This document shows positions 1-8,007 of a stretch of 41,784 nucleotides of DNA, piece after piece; position 1 is the first letter of the stretch; each line of letters opens with the position of its first letter. The stretch is from Candidatus Woesearchaeota archaeon (GTDB lineage Archaea > Nanobdellota > Nanobdellia > Woesearchaeales > GW2011-AR9), in the NCBI GenBank assembly GCA_013331555.1, contig DUGB01000134.1:244-42027 (forward strand), given 5' to 3'. Position numbers and translations under genes: made by a program. The notes under the pieces are model-generated. The model saw only the letters and a list, made by a program, of their open reading frames with translations. It was not told the DNA's origin and made no database searches.

Positions 1-129
1 TCACAATTACTAATAAGCAAATGTTGGAATATTAATCCCATTTGCTATATCATTAAAAATGTTCCATTTTGGGGATGCCAGAAAAGTTGTTGTTCTGTAC
101 ACAAAAAAATAAATTTTAGTAGGAATCAT

Positions 130-678
130 TCAATCCGTCTGCACATAAATTCGTTGACTATTGCCATATTGAGTACTTTTAGCTTTTACAATAACACTAA
201 ATGTATACGTTCCGCGAGGTGTGTCTTCCGGAACGTGAACTAAAATGCCTTCTTTATGATGTTCACCTTCTTTAATATCAATTGGATTTTGATTGAAGAG
301 CAGCCATTTTTTAATTTCTTTTCGTTGTGGATCTGTCAGGATACTATCTTCATTTTGTTCATTGAGATATTTCCCAGGTTCAATGGTTATGGTAAATTGA
401 TTACCAGAATCACCGATATTACGAATACCAAGGCCAAAAACATGGTTGCTGCCACGTTCGATGGTAGCGCTGTGTAATGGCAGTGCAACTGGTTTGCCTT
501 CATCAACGAGTAGTCGTTCTAACTCTTCTTCTGTGCGTGTATCGAGATCAGTCTTAAGTTCCTCTGCTCCCGCGATGAATTTGTATAAGATCGCAATGCC
601 GCTGACAAGAATGACTAATGAAATAAGAACAACAACAAATGTGTTGATGGAAAGTTCAACACTTCCGCGGGTAGTCAT
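130..678 (-). CDS. archaeal type IV pilin-like protein with class III (prepilin) signal peptide
   Basis: ORF 130..696. N-terminus MTTRG/SVELSINTFVVVLISLVILVSGIAIL has a short basic leader ending in G, then a ~22-aa hydrophobic helix. Start moved to the second Met (678), which removes the overlap with the ORF ending at 680. A prepilin peptidase is encoded at 3269..4117. Confidence 0.6.
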   Translation of the reverse strand: MTTRGSVELSINTFVVVLISLVILVSGIAILYKFIAGAEELKTDLDTRTEEELERLLVDEGKPVALPLHSATIERGSNHVFGLGIRNIGDSGNQFTITIEPGKYLNEQNEDSILTDPQRKEIKKWLLFNQNPIDIKEGEHHKEGILVHVPEDTPRGTYTFSVIVKAKSTQYGNSQRIYVQTD

Positions 679-679
679 C

Positions 680-910
680 TTATGAAAACACTTCATACTC
701 TTTCACAATAATAACAAGGAAGAGAACGAGCAGAGCAGCGCCGGCAATCATATGCCATACCCCTGCGAGAAAATTTTCTTGGCTTAGTGAAAGGTACATT
801 CCCCAACCCATGACAATAAAGCCTAACCATAAGAACTTGTCAAGCACAAGCTTCATAATCTCAAATTCCTGAGCTTCCGTCATTCGTTTCTTTCCGTTGC
901 GTGTTTTCAT
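680..910 (-). CDS. small membrane protein (two predicted TM helices), function unknown
   Basis: 76-aa ORF between the two pilin-like genes on the same strand. Hydrophobic segments FLWLGFIVMGWGMYLSL and IAGAALLVLFLVIIV. Confidence 0.45.
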   Translation of the reverse strand: MKTRNGKKRMTEAQEFEIMKLVLDKFLWLGFIVMGWGMYLSLSQENFLAGVWHMIAGAALLVLFLVIIVKEYEVFS

Positions 911-920
911 GCTGTACCTC

Positions 921-1454
921 TTAGATTATGTTCACAAAGAATGATTTTTCGGCGTAAGGGGGGTCATTAAGTGATGCGCCTACCTGAACAATTTTTAGAT
1001 TGACTAAGTATGTTCCTTTATCTCCACTCGCAAGAATCTTAATGTTGTATGCTTCTGCTTGGGTTACTCTTAAGTTAAAAGGACCTTTATCATAAAAATA
1101 TTCAACTTGATCAACCGGAGGAACATCTGAGCCTTGTTTTCTTGAAGTTTCAATGGCTATTTCAAAGTCTAAAACACCGCTCGAGAGCGTATTCTTAACA
1201 CCAATGGCGATGTCTTGTGATGACTTTGCTTCAATGTTTAATGTTGTTGCAGGGAAACTCAATGGTCTGTTTCCGGTTCGTAAATCCTCTAGAATCTGCT
1301 GACGGACTTGTTCTTGAACCGATGATGATGTTTCGGTAATTGATTTAAATTGGGTGCGAACGAATCCTAATCCTAAGCCGAGAACAACAAAAGCTATAAC
1401 GACAATTACAATGGTTTGTATTGATAAACTGAGTGATCCTTTCTTTGTCATCAC
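921..1454 (-). CDS. archaeal type IV pilin-like protein with class III signal peptide
   Basis: N-terminus MMTKKG/SLSLSIQTIVIVVIAFVVLGLGLGF has a basic leader ending KG, then a hydrophobic helix. Same orientation and architecture as 130..678. Confidence 0.6.
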   Translation of the reverse strand: MMTKKGSLSLSIQTIVIVVIAFVVLGLGLGFVRTQFKSITETSSSVQEQVRQQILEDLRTGNRPLSFPATTLNIEAKSSQDIAIGVKNTLSSGVLDFEIAIETSRKQGSDVPPVDQVEYFYDKGPFNLRVTQAEAYNIKILASGDKGTYLVNLKIVQVGASLNDPPYAEKSFFVNII

Positions 1455-1553
1455 GACACCTCTCTTTGGACTGAAATAAAACTTTAGGGTATAAATATGT
1501 TTCTATTTTGTAACCCAAAAATATATATTATAATACTGATTTTGTATCTAAAA

Positions 1554-3215
1554 ATGAGACCATCACGTTTGCTCACTGCACTCTTGGCGTTAACGTTAAG
1601 CGTCTGCGGGCCTTCTCCTCAAAAATCAGAAAGGCAAGAGGGTAGTGAAGATGAACAACAAACGGAAGTTCAACCCACTCCGTCGTGCGATCTTGATAGT
1701 ATCTGTGGTGATGATGAATGTAGTGAAAACCGGGGCTGTGGGTATGCCATTGTTTGTGCTGGCGATGTTGGTGAGAGAATCTGCATTCATACTTCCAGCG
1801 TCGAGTGGTCTTCAATAGGCCATCGAAATGGCGTTCCAATTCTTGAAACGAACTTGGATGAACACGGGAGAGCGGCGTTTCAAGAGCGAAATAAAGATGA
1901 ATTGGCAGTTATTATCGGAACCAATGTAAAAACAGGAAGACCAGCCCGATCAGCCATAGTTACTTATGTCGATGGGAATGATTTTGAGGGGTTCTTTTTT
2001 GGTGAGAATAGGCGTTACAGCAAATTTCTGCCCAGCATCAATATTTTTGCTCACAATTCTGCTCACCAGATCCAACTCGTGCCAAGAGGTTTTGAAGCAG
2101 AGTATCGTGATTTAACGATGATTGACTACATCGTTAATAATGATCAACAATCTGATCCTCTTATTAACTATCTTAGTTGGGCGCAGCAGGGAGGGTATGT
2201 CTACGAAGGATGTAAAACAAGAGAACAACTTCAGCAGGATAGGGAATATAGTATGATGATTCTCAGCTTGATTAAAGGAGGACCTGCTTTCAAGCTTATT
2301 CTGCGTGCATTAGAAAACGTGTCAACACTTGAAGAAATGGGTATTTTTACCTCTGAGTCATCACTGGCGTATCATATTTACGCACCAGTCAATTTTACGG
2401 CTCCGCAATATTTTGAAGGTTTTACTCCAGGTGAAGAAATAGAGAACAATCATTTCGATGATAATTGTGATGGTGAAATTGATGAAGAAGTAAGGATGTG
2501 TACTCCAAATGTGTATATTCGTTGTACTTTTAATGGAACTGTTTCTGGTGATTTTTGGTTTAATTCTTGTCATGAACCGCAATTGGATCAAATGGTCAGG
2601 TTATGTGATGAAGGTTGTTCAATGAGTGGTGAATGTTATCAATCACAACTGCGAGATGAACAATGTGGTCTGGCACGTCAAGGGTGTGATGGAAACTCTC
2701 TTATTATAGTGGATGACTGTGGTCGACGACGAAATACACCCAGTCAAGCCTGTCCTCATTCTACTCGTTGCCGAAATGGTGAGTGTGTAGCAACAACTGA
2801 TAACCCCGCACCGACACCTGATCCCAGAGAGTCACCGGAACCATCACCACCGCTGTCGCGTTTTGAGGTGAGGGATAATGGACGAACTGTTTATGATCGT
2901 AATTATAACCGCCATTGGTTACAGACAAACTCACCAACAGTAATGACTTTTGATGCGAGTACGACTTACTGTGAAACTCTTGGAACTGCCGGAAGACGTT
3001 GGCGAGTTCCGACTTTTGCCGAGTTAAGTAGTCTTGATGATAGTGGAGATTGTGAAATACCACCGGAATTTAATTTAGGTTGTGGTGTATTCTGGTCAAA
3101 CGTAACGTGTGAACAAGCGTGGCGAGCCCAGGCAAAGCAGTTTAGGATATATTATAGTACTAGTATTTGTAGGAGCAAGGAAGATACACTGAATGTTACT
3201 TGTATTGAACAATAG
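1554..3215 (+). CDS. secreted cysteine-rich (lipo)protein with MopE-like metal-binding motif and DUF1566/Lcl-like C-terminal domain
   Basis: ORF 1497..3215. Start moved to Met-20 (MRPSRLLTALLALTLSVCG: signal peptide with lipobox-like LSVC). Many Cys residues. DDNCDGEIDEE resembles the DNDCDGxxDE repeat of MopE-type motifs. C-terminal TYCETLGTAGRRWRVPTFAELSSL matches the DUF1566 signature W-R-[LV]-P-T..EL..L. Confidence 0.6.
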   Translation: MRPSRLLTALLALTLSVCGPSPQKSERQEGSEDEQQTEVQPTPSCDLDSICGDDECSENRGCGYAIVCAGDVGERICIHTSSVEWSSIGHRNGVPILETNLDEHGRAAFQERNKDELAVIIGTNVKTGRPARSAIVTYVDGNDFEGFFFGENRRYSKFLPSINIFAHNSAHQIQLVPRGFEAEYRDLTMIDYIVNNDQQSDPLINYLSWAQQGGYVYEGCKTREQLQQDREYSMMILSLIKGGPAFKLILRALENVSTLEEMGIFTSESSLAYHIYAPVNFTAPQYFEGFTPGEEIENNHFDDNCDGEIDEEVRMCTPNVYIRCTFNGTVSGDFWFNSCHEPQLDQMVRLCDEGCSMSGECYQSQLRDEQCGLARQGCDGNSLIIVDDCGRRRNTPSQACPHSTRCRNGECVATTDNPAPTPDPRESPEPSPPLSRFEVRDNGRTVYDRNYNRHWLQTNSPTVMTFDASTTYCETLGTAGRRWRVPTFAELSSLDDSGDCEIPPEFNLGCGVFWSNVTCEQAWRAQAKQFRIYYSTSICRSKEDTLNVTCIEQ

Positions 3216-3268
3216 TGAAACTAGCAAAATAAAAATATGAATGGGTTACGACTAAAAAATGTGTTTCG

Positions 3269-4117
3269 TTAGAATATATATTTTAGAGCAGGCAGATAAT
3301 AATTGCTGAGAAGAAGAAAGATATACGAAATTAAAAAACAAGGAATAAAAGGAATGCCTTCTTTAATGATGACAGTGGTTATTTTTTTCTGATGAGATAG
3401 TTGCTGAAGAAGTTGGAGATCTCTCTTTTCAATCGTTTTTGAGGAAATGATTGCTTTTCCATTAATTTCAACAGGCTTAGTAAGCCAATCTCCTTCGGTT
3501 AGTTTGGAAATGGGGATGGTTTTGATGAAATTAATCTGTTCAATGCTATTCATGAATAAAAAGAGGTAAAATATGAGCGGAAGAAAGAATGCTAGCGGCC
3601 AGAGGAAGGGATAGGCAATACTTGCTGTGGCGATGAGAAGAGAGAGGCAAATTAAGAAGTGATGAAGCAGTTGATGTTCGCTGAAATATTGTTTAAATGC
3701 CACTAGAAAACGTGCACGACTGCGAATGGCAATAATAATCATCCATCCCAGGCCGTAGACTGCTCCTGTGATGAGAAGAAGGAGAAAGAACCATCCTAAT
3801 GTTAAAGAGGAGTAGGAAAAAGGAAAAAGAATGCCAATACTTGCACCCATACCCATAAGGAGTTTACTGTCACCGCCACCCCATTGTCCGGCGTAATAAA
3901 ATAAGCAGGCGAGAAGGAAACCAGCTAAGAAACCGAAAAAACCACTGAGAAAAATGTTTAATCCGTTTTGGAAGGCAAAAATAATTCTAATGCCAAATGC
4001 AGTGAACAAAAAAGCGTAATTCAGCCAATCAGGTACTTCTCTAGTTTTGAGATCAGTGTAAGAGGCAATGAAAAGAGTTATGAGGGTAACACTGATTAGA
4101 AAAATTTCCATCACCAT
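3269..4117 (-). CDS. archaeal prepilin/preflagellin peptidase (peptidase family A24, PibD/EppA/FlaK-like)
   Basis: Polytopic membrane protein. First catalytic Asp context SYTDLKTREVPDW near the N-terminus, second in GGGDSKLLMG (GxGD). Lies next to pilin-like genes. Confidence 0.8.
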   Translation of the reverse strand: MVMEIFLISVTLITLFIASYTDLKTREVPDWLNYAFLFTAFGIRIIFAFQNGLNIFLSGFFGFLAGFLLACLFYYAGQWGGGDSKLLMGMGASIGILFPFSYSSLTLGWFFLLLLITGAVYGLGWMIIIAIRSRARFLVAFKQYFSEHQLLHHFLICLSLLIATASIAYPFLWPLAFFLPLIFYLFLFMNSIEQINFIKTIPISKLTEGDWLTKPVEINGKAIISSKTIEKRDLQLLQQLSHQKKITTVIIKEGIPFIPCFLISYIFLLLSNYYLPALKYIF

Positions 4118-4244
4118 AGATTATTGACACTGTTACGTTATATTAAATTTTTGTTTTCAGGAATAAGAACAAGTGCCAAAAAGTTTATAAACGAAGTTGC
4201 TTTGGTTCTCTTCTAATTTATTAAAAAAGTGATGGTGATGCAGT

Positions 4245-4787
4245 ATGCCTAAAGAAGATGACTATGAGCTTCTTCCCCACAAGTTGCTGGCGGATTTAAA
4301 GTATGATGTGGAAGTTCTTAAGAAAAAGCTTACGCAGCCCGATACAAAGATGAATGAGTTGGTGTTGGAGATTGAAAGTCTTAAAGATTCTCTTCATGAG
4401 TTGAATACTATTTTTCAGAAAGCGCTTGATGAAATGAAGCAAGAGGGGGATTTATCACGGCAGTTTTCAGTGTTAAAAGAAAAGCTTGATGCGGTTGTCA
4501 GTCAAAACGAAACTATTGCGCGAGGAATGGTTGCAGTATCAGAAAAAATTGATGCGTTTATTGAGCGTGGTTCTTCTAGAATGGTTATGCCTCCGCCAAT
4601 GTCTGTGATACCGATTAGACATACGATGAATGCGCCACCGTTATTTGCTCCCGATAGGATGGCTCCCCCACCAATGTCGATGGAGTCAATGTCTACTCCT
4701 TCTGTCGGAATGGATAATGATTTACCTCCACCTCCTCCTGCTTTCGGCAGTGATCGGAAGAGATCTTTAGGCGGTCTCTTTAAGTGA
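4245..4787 (+). CDS. coiled-coil protein with Pro/Met-rich C-terminus, function unknown
   Basis: 180-aa ORF. N-terminal heptad-like charged region, then PPPMSVIP...APPPMSMESM...DLPPPPPAFG. Confidence 0.5.
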   Translation: MPKEDDYELLPHKLLADLKYDVEVLKKKLTQPDTKMNELVLEIESLKDSLHELNTIFQKALDEMKQEGDLSRQFSVLKEKLDAVVSQNETIARGMVAVSEKIDAFIERGSSRMVMPPPMSVIPIRHTMNAPPLFAPDRMAPPPMSMESMSTPSVGMDNDLPPPPPAFGSDRKRSLGGLFK

Positions 4788-4797
4788 GGATTTGATA

Positions 4798-5598
4798 ATG
4801 GGATTCTGGGCTGCTCAGCATTTTCTGCGGTTGGTGGCGACGACAGCACAACGAGAACGACAATTAATCTCGCGTGTCGAAATCACTAAAAAGATTAATG
4901 AGATAAAGTATCTTTCAACGCAGAAAAAAGTTCCAGTATTGACATTACGACGGGAGATACAACATCTTGAAGATCGTTTGCATGGTGTTTTTGCTGTTGA
5001 AAAGAAATTAGCGGAGCAGAAAAAACACGAAACAAGCCGGGTGGCAGCATTAAAACGGCAGATTTCTGTGCTTAAGAAACAGTTGAGTGCTGTTCAAGAT
5101 CCAAATGTACAGCAAAAAATAGAAAGATTATCGCATCTCTTAGGGGAATATCTTGCGCACCAGGAAACAGCTGATGATATTGAATTACGACAGAAAGTAA
5201 TGGAGGAGTTGCAGGTTGCGAAAAATACTCTGCCGCCGCGTACTTCTGCTGCGAGTCCTGAACGAGTTGTTTCGTTACGTCACCGGCTGGAAGCGCTGAA
5301 GCAAGAGTTACTTATTACTCAAGAGCGGGAGAAAGTCAATCCCGAAAAAGTACGTCTGCTTGAAGAACAAGTCCAAGCGGTTGAACTGCGTTTGGAAGAG
5401 TATGAACAACGGCAGTTTGCTCAGAAACCGATTCAAGAGTTATCACAGAGTCAGGATGTTGTCAAGCATAATGTTCTTCTTCAGTCAGTTGCTGTTCCTC
5501 AGTTTCCTGAACCGTTGTCTGCTGAGGATTTAGAGATCGAGAAAGAATTGCCATTACCTCCGCCGCCGAAAATGAAAGTGAAGTATACGAAAGGGTAG
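4798..5598 (+). CDS. coiled-coil protein with Pro-rich C-terminus, function unknown
   Basis: ORF 4792..5598 begins at TTG. Start moved to ATG 4798, preceded by GTGAGGA. Long charged helical repeats. C-terminal ELPLPPPPKMK parallels the tail of the preceding ORF. Confidence 0.5.
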   Translation: MGFWAAQHFLRLVATTAQRERQLISRVEITKKINEIKYLSTQKKVPVLTLRREIQHLEDRLHGVFAVEKKLAEQKKHETSRVAALKRQISVLKKQLSAVQDPNVQQKIERLSHLLGEYLAHQETADDIELRQKVMEELQVAKNTLPPRTSAASPERVVSLRHRLEALKQELLITQEREKVNPEKVRLLEEQVQAVELRLEEYEQRQFAQKPIQELSQSQDVVKHNVLLQSVAVPQFPEPLSAEDLEIEKELPLPPPPKMKVKYTKG

Positions 5599-5713
5599 AT
5601 TAGTCTTGTGATTTTGGTTCTTTTCTGCTTTGCTTCAACATTTTTTTCTCAATAAAAAATGAAATTCAATAGACAGGAAAATTAATAATGGGAGAAAGTA
5701 TTTCTTCTAATAT

Positions 5714-6841
5714 ATGAAGTATATGAATTTGAGTTATATTTTTATAAATCTCTGTATTATTTTTTTGATAGTATTATTTGTTACTGAATATAATCCCAAG
5801 ACTCTTCTCAATGAAAAAATTGTGACTCATTCTGAAAAGAATTTTTATGAAAAGTCAGATGTCGGAACGGATGTATTTAGATTAACAGCTGATCCAGGTA
5901 ATGATAAAATTTTTTACCAAGAACCAAATTATTTTAATCCACAAGATTCATTGTTTTTATTTAAATCAGATCGAGATAACGGTAAAGAAAAAATATACCT
6001 ATTAAATCTACGTTCTGGAGAGATAATTCAATTAAGAGAAAGTTCTTCTTTTGGACATATCCCCACCTGGTCAATTGATGGGAAAGAGGTATATATCGGA
6101 ACGAAAGGAGAGATTATCGTCACTCCTATTAAAGATGTCAAAGAAAGAAGAATTAGAATCCCTGATGATTCATGGATAACTTTTCTCCACGTAAATCCGA
6201 GTGGAGATAAAATTATTTTTGTTGAAGAAAGTGCTGATGGACATAAAGGACTTGCAGTAGTAAATGTGAATGGTTCAGATTATAAAAGACTCTTCTCTAC
6301 GGATAATAAATCCGTATTTTATATTGACCATCCTACATTTATAGATAACAACAAAATATTATTTCTAACTAGAGGAAAGAACAGAGATTTTACAGGAGAT
6401 TACAATAAACCATATATCTTAGATTTAAATGGGGCGTTATCAAGATTACCGCTTGAGTGTTCACATTATGATATAAATTTTCAAGGAGATAAAATCCTTT
6501 GCGCTAGTGAAGGTTATATTATTAATTTAAATGGAGATATATTACAGTCTTTCTCTGAGCTACGAGGGCATGGAGTATGGGCGCCGGATGGAATTACATT
6601 TCTAATGACAGGAGATCCTGTTTCTGTATCGGAGAGATATTTTGGAAAGATCGTGATAATGATCTTTGGTTCGAACATCTCATATAATTTAGTGAGTCAT
6701 GAGAGCACCTATAATAGTTCTTTAGAAGTTCATATCCAACCAAATGCACAATTTTCAAGAAATGGGCGTTATGTCATCTATGAATCAGATAGGGGAAAGT
6801 CTCAGAATTCTGATTTATATTTGGTTACAGTACCAGAGTAG
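5714..6841 (+). CDS. membrane-anchored TolB-like beta-propeller protein (PD40/WD40-like repeats)
   Basis: N-terminal TM segment LSYIFINLCIIFLIVLFV. Repeated PD40-like units (SDRDNGKEKIYLLNLRSGEIIQL, WSIDGKEVYIG, NPSGDKIIFVEE, FSRNGRYVIYESDRGKSQNSDLYLV). Visibly more AT-rich than its neighbours. Confidence 0.55.
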   Translation: MKYMNLSYIFINLCIIFLIVLFVTEYNPKTLLNEKIVTHSEKNFYEKSDVGTDVFRLTADPGNDKIFYQEPNYFNPQDSLFLFKSDRDNGKEKIYLLNLRSGEIIQLRESSSFGHIPTWSIDGKEVYIGTKGEIIVTPIKDVKERRIRIPDDSWITFLHVNPSGDKIIFVEESADGHKGLAVVNVNGSDYKRLFSTDNKSVFYIDHPTFIDNNKILFLTRGKNRDFTGDYNKPYILDLNGALSRLPLECSHYDINFQGDKILCASEGYIINLNGDILQSFSELRGHGVWAPDGITFLMTGDPVSVSERYFGKIVIMIFGSNISYNLVSHESTYNSSLEVHIQPNAQFSRNGRYVIYESDRGKSQNSDLYLVTVPE

Positions 6842-6883
6842 GATACTAATTTATTCCGTAAAATAGAGATTATGAATACACAA

Positions 6884-7054
6884 TTAGAGATCTTTTGACA
6901 TTACAGTTCGCCGGCCGTTTTCTTTTGCACGCTGGACGGCTTTGAGAACAAGTTCTTTTACTTTTTCATCCAATACATCAATGAAATCTGCAGAGATGTT
7001 ATCGATACCGGCATCTTTAGTTATTTCTTTAATCTGAAGGCGAACAGTTATCAT
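6884..7054 (-). CDS. DUF1931-like small histone-fold-like protein (56 aa; below the ORF-track size cutoff)
   Basis: Hand translation: MITVRLQIKEITKDAGIDNISADFIDVLDEKVKELVLKAVQRAKENGRRTVMSKDL*. The pattern ...vs.df...l.ekv.eli.kA..rAk.nGRkTv...DL is the DUF1931 signature as I recall it. Lies 26 nt downstream of nadM on the same strand. Confidence 0.55.
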   Translation of the reverse strand: MITVRLQIKEITKDAGIDNISADFIDVLDEKVKELVLKAVQRAKENGRRTVMSKDL

Positions 7055-7080
7055 AAGTACAATGAATGGTTCTTTTCTAT

Positions 7081-8007
7081 TTAAAGATTCTGTCCTTTCT
7101 TTGTTCTGTAGTCATTTAGAATTTGATTGTGATCAAAAAGAAGAGCAGGGACTTCATTAGAGTCACAGAGGATAACTTTTTCAGCATCGCTACCAGGTTT
7201 AATCTCTCCATTGCCGATTCCTGCGTAAGCAATAGAAATACGATGTCCCGGCCGAGGATCACGACCAGGTTTTGAATAAACCCCAACCAGGCGAGTTAAT
7301 TGAACTTGCAATCCCGTTTCTTCTTCTGCTTCGCGGACTGCGGCTTGTTCAGCACTTTCTCCCGGATCAATATGTCCTCCAACAAGGGCGTACCCCAGCG
7401 GTTTTTCTTTCCGTTTGATAATGACGAGTTTATCTTGGTATTCAATTACAATGTCTACTGTGGGAATTGGATTGTCAAATGTCAATTTCTGTATCCTCCG
7501 TTGGCGTTCATGGTGTTGTAGGTAAGATGGAATGTGGGGTGGAACAAGAGCACTAATATCAATACCACGAGCATATAATGCGCGAAGCTGTGTGGCATGA
7601 AGTTCAAGGTGTTCTTCAATCGGTATGATTGTGCAATTATCTTTCCCCCGAAAACAATCTGTAGTGTAAGGATTAGAGGAAAATAAAGTAATAGGATTTT
7701 CAGGTATTCCAAAATGTTCAAAGACATGGTCTGCATAGTGTGGTGGATTGTTGAGATCGTCAATCAAACGATACTGGAAAGGGACTTCCATCCGTGCGGC
7801 GGCGTTTTGAACAATGGGTTTTACCATCTCCCAACATTCTGTGCCACTGAATGGATTACGAGCGCTTATCTCATCAGCAACACCAATTCCAACATTAAGG
7901 CGGTCTACTTTTTGTCTTCGCCAATGATGTTCAATGATTTGTTCAAAAAGATCAACATGGTTGTTTCCTACGAGTTGAAATCGGCCGATGACTAATGCTT
8001 CGGTCAT
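7081..8007 (-). CDS. nadM: bifunctional NadM-type nicotinamide/nicotinate mononucleotide adenylyltransferase fused to a Nudix (ADP-ribose pyrophosphatase-like) domain
   Basis: N-terminal VIGRFQLVGNNH (compare archaeal NadM GRFQPFHxGH) and HATQLRAL (ISSTxxR-like). C-terminal canonical Nudix box GGHIDPGESAEQAAVREAEEETGL. 4-nt ATGA overlap with nadE. Confidence 0.75.
   Translation of the reverse strand: MTEALVIGRFQLVGNNHVDLFEQIIEHHWRRQKVDRLNVGIGVADEISARNPFSGTECWEMVKPIVQNAAARMEVPFQYRLIDDLNNPPHYADHVFEHFGIPENPITLFSSNPYTTDCFRGKDNCTIIPIEEHLELHATQLRALYARGIDISALVPPHIPSYLQHHERQRRIQKLTFDNPIPTVDIVIEYQDKLVIIKRKEKPLGYALVGGHIDPGESAEQAAVREAEEETGLQVQLTRLVGVYSKPGRDPRPGHRISIAYAGIGNGEIKPGSDAEKVILCDSNEVPALLFDHNQILNDYRTKKGQNL

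Noticed and set aside
10-129. 39-aa minus-strand ORF starting right after the pilin gene stop (MIPTKIYFFVYRTTTFLASPKWNIFNDIANGINIPTFAY)
   Set aside because: It is very short with no motif, it lies at the window edge, and I cannot tell it from chance.
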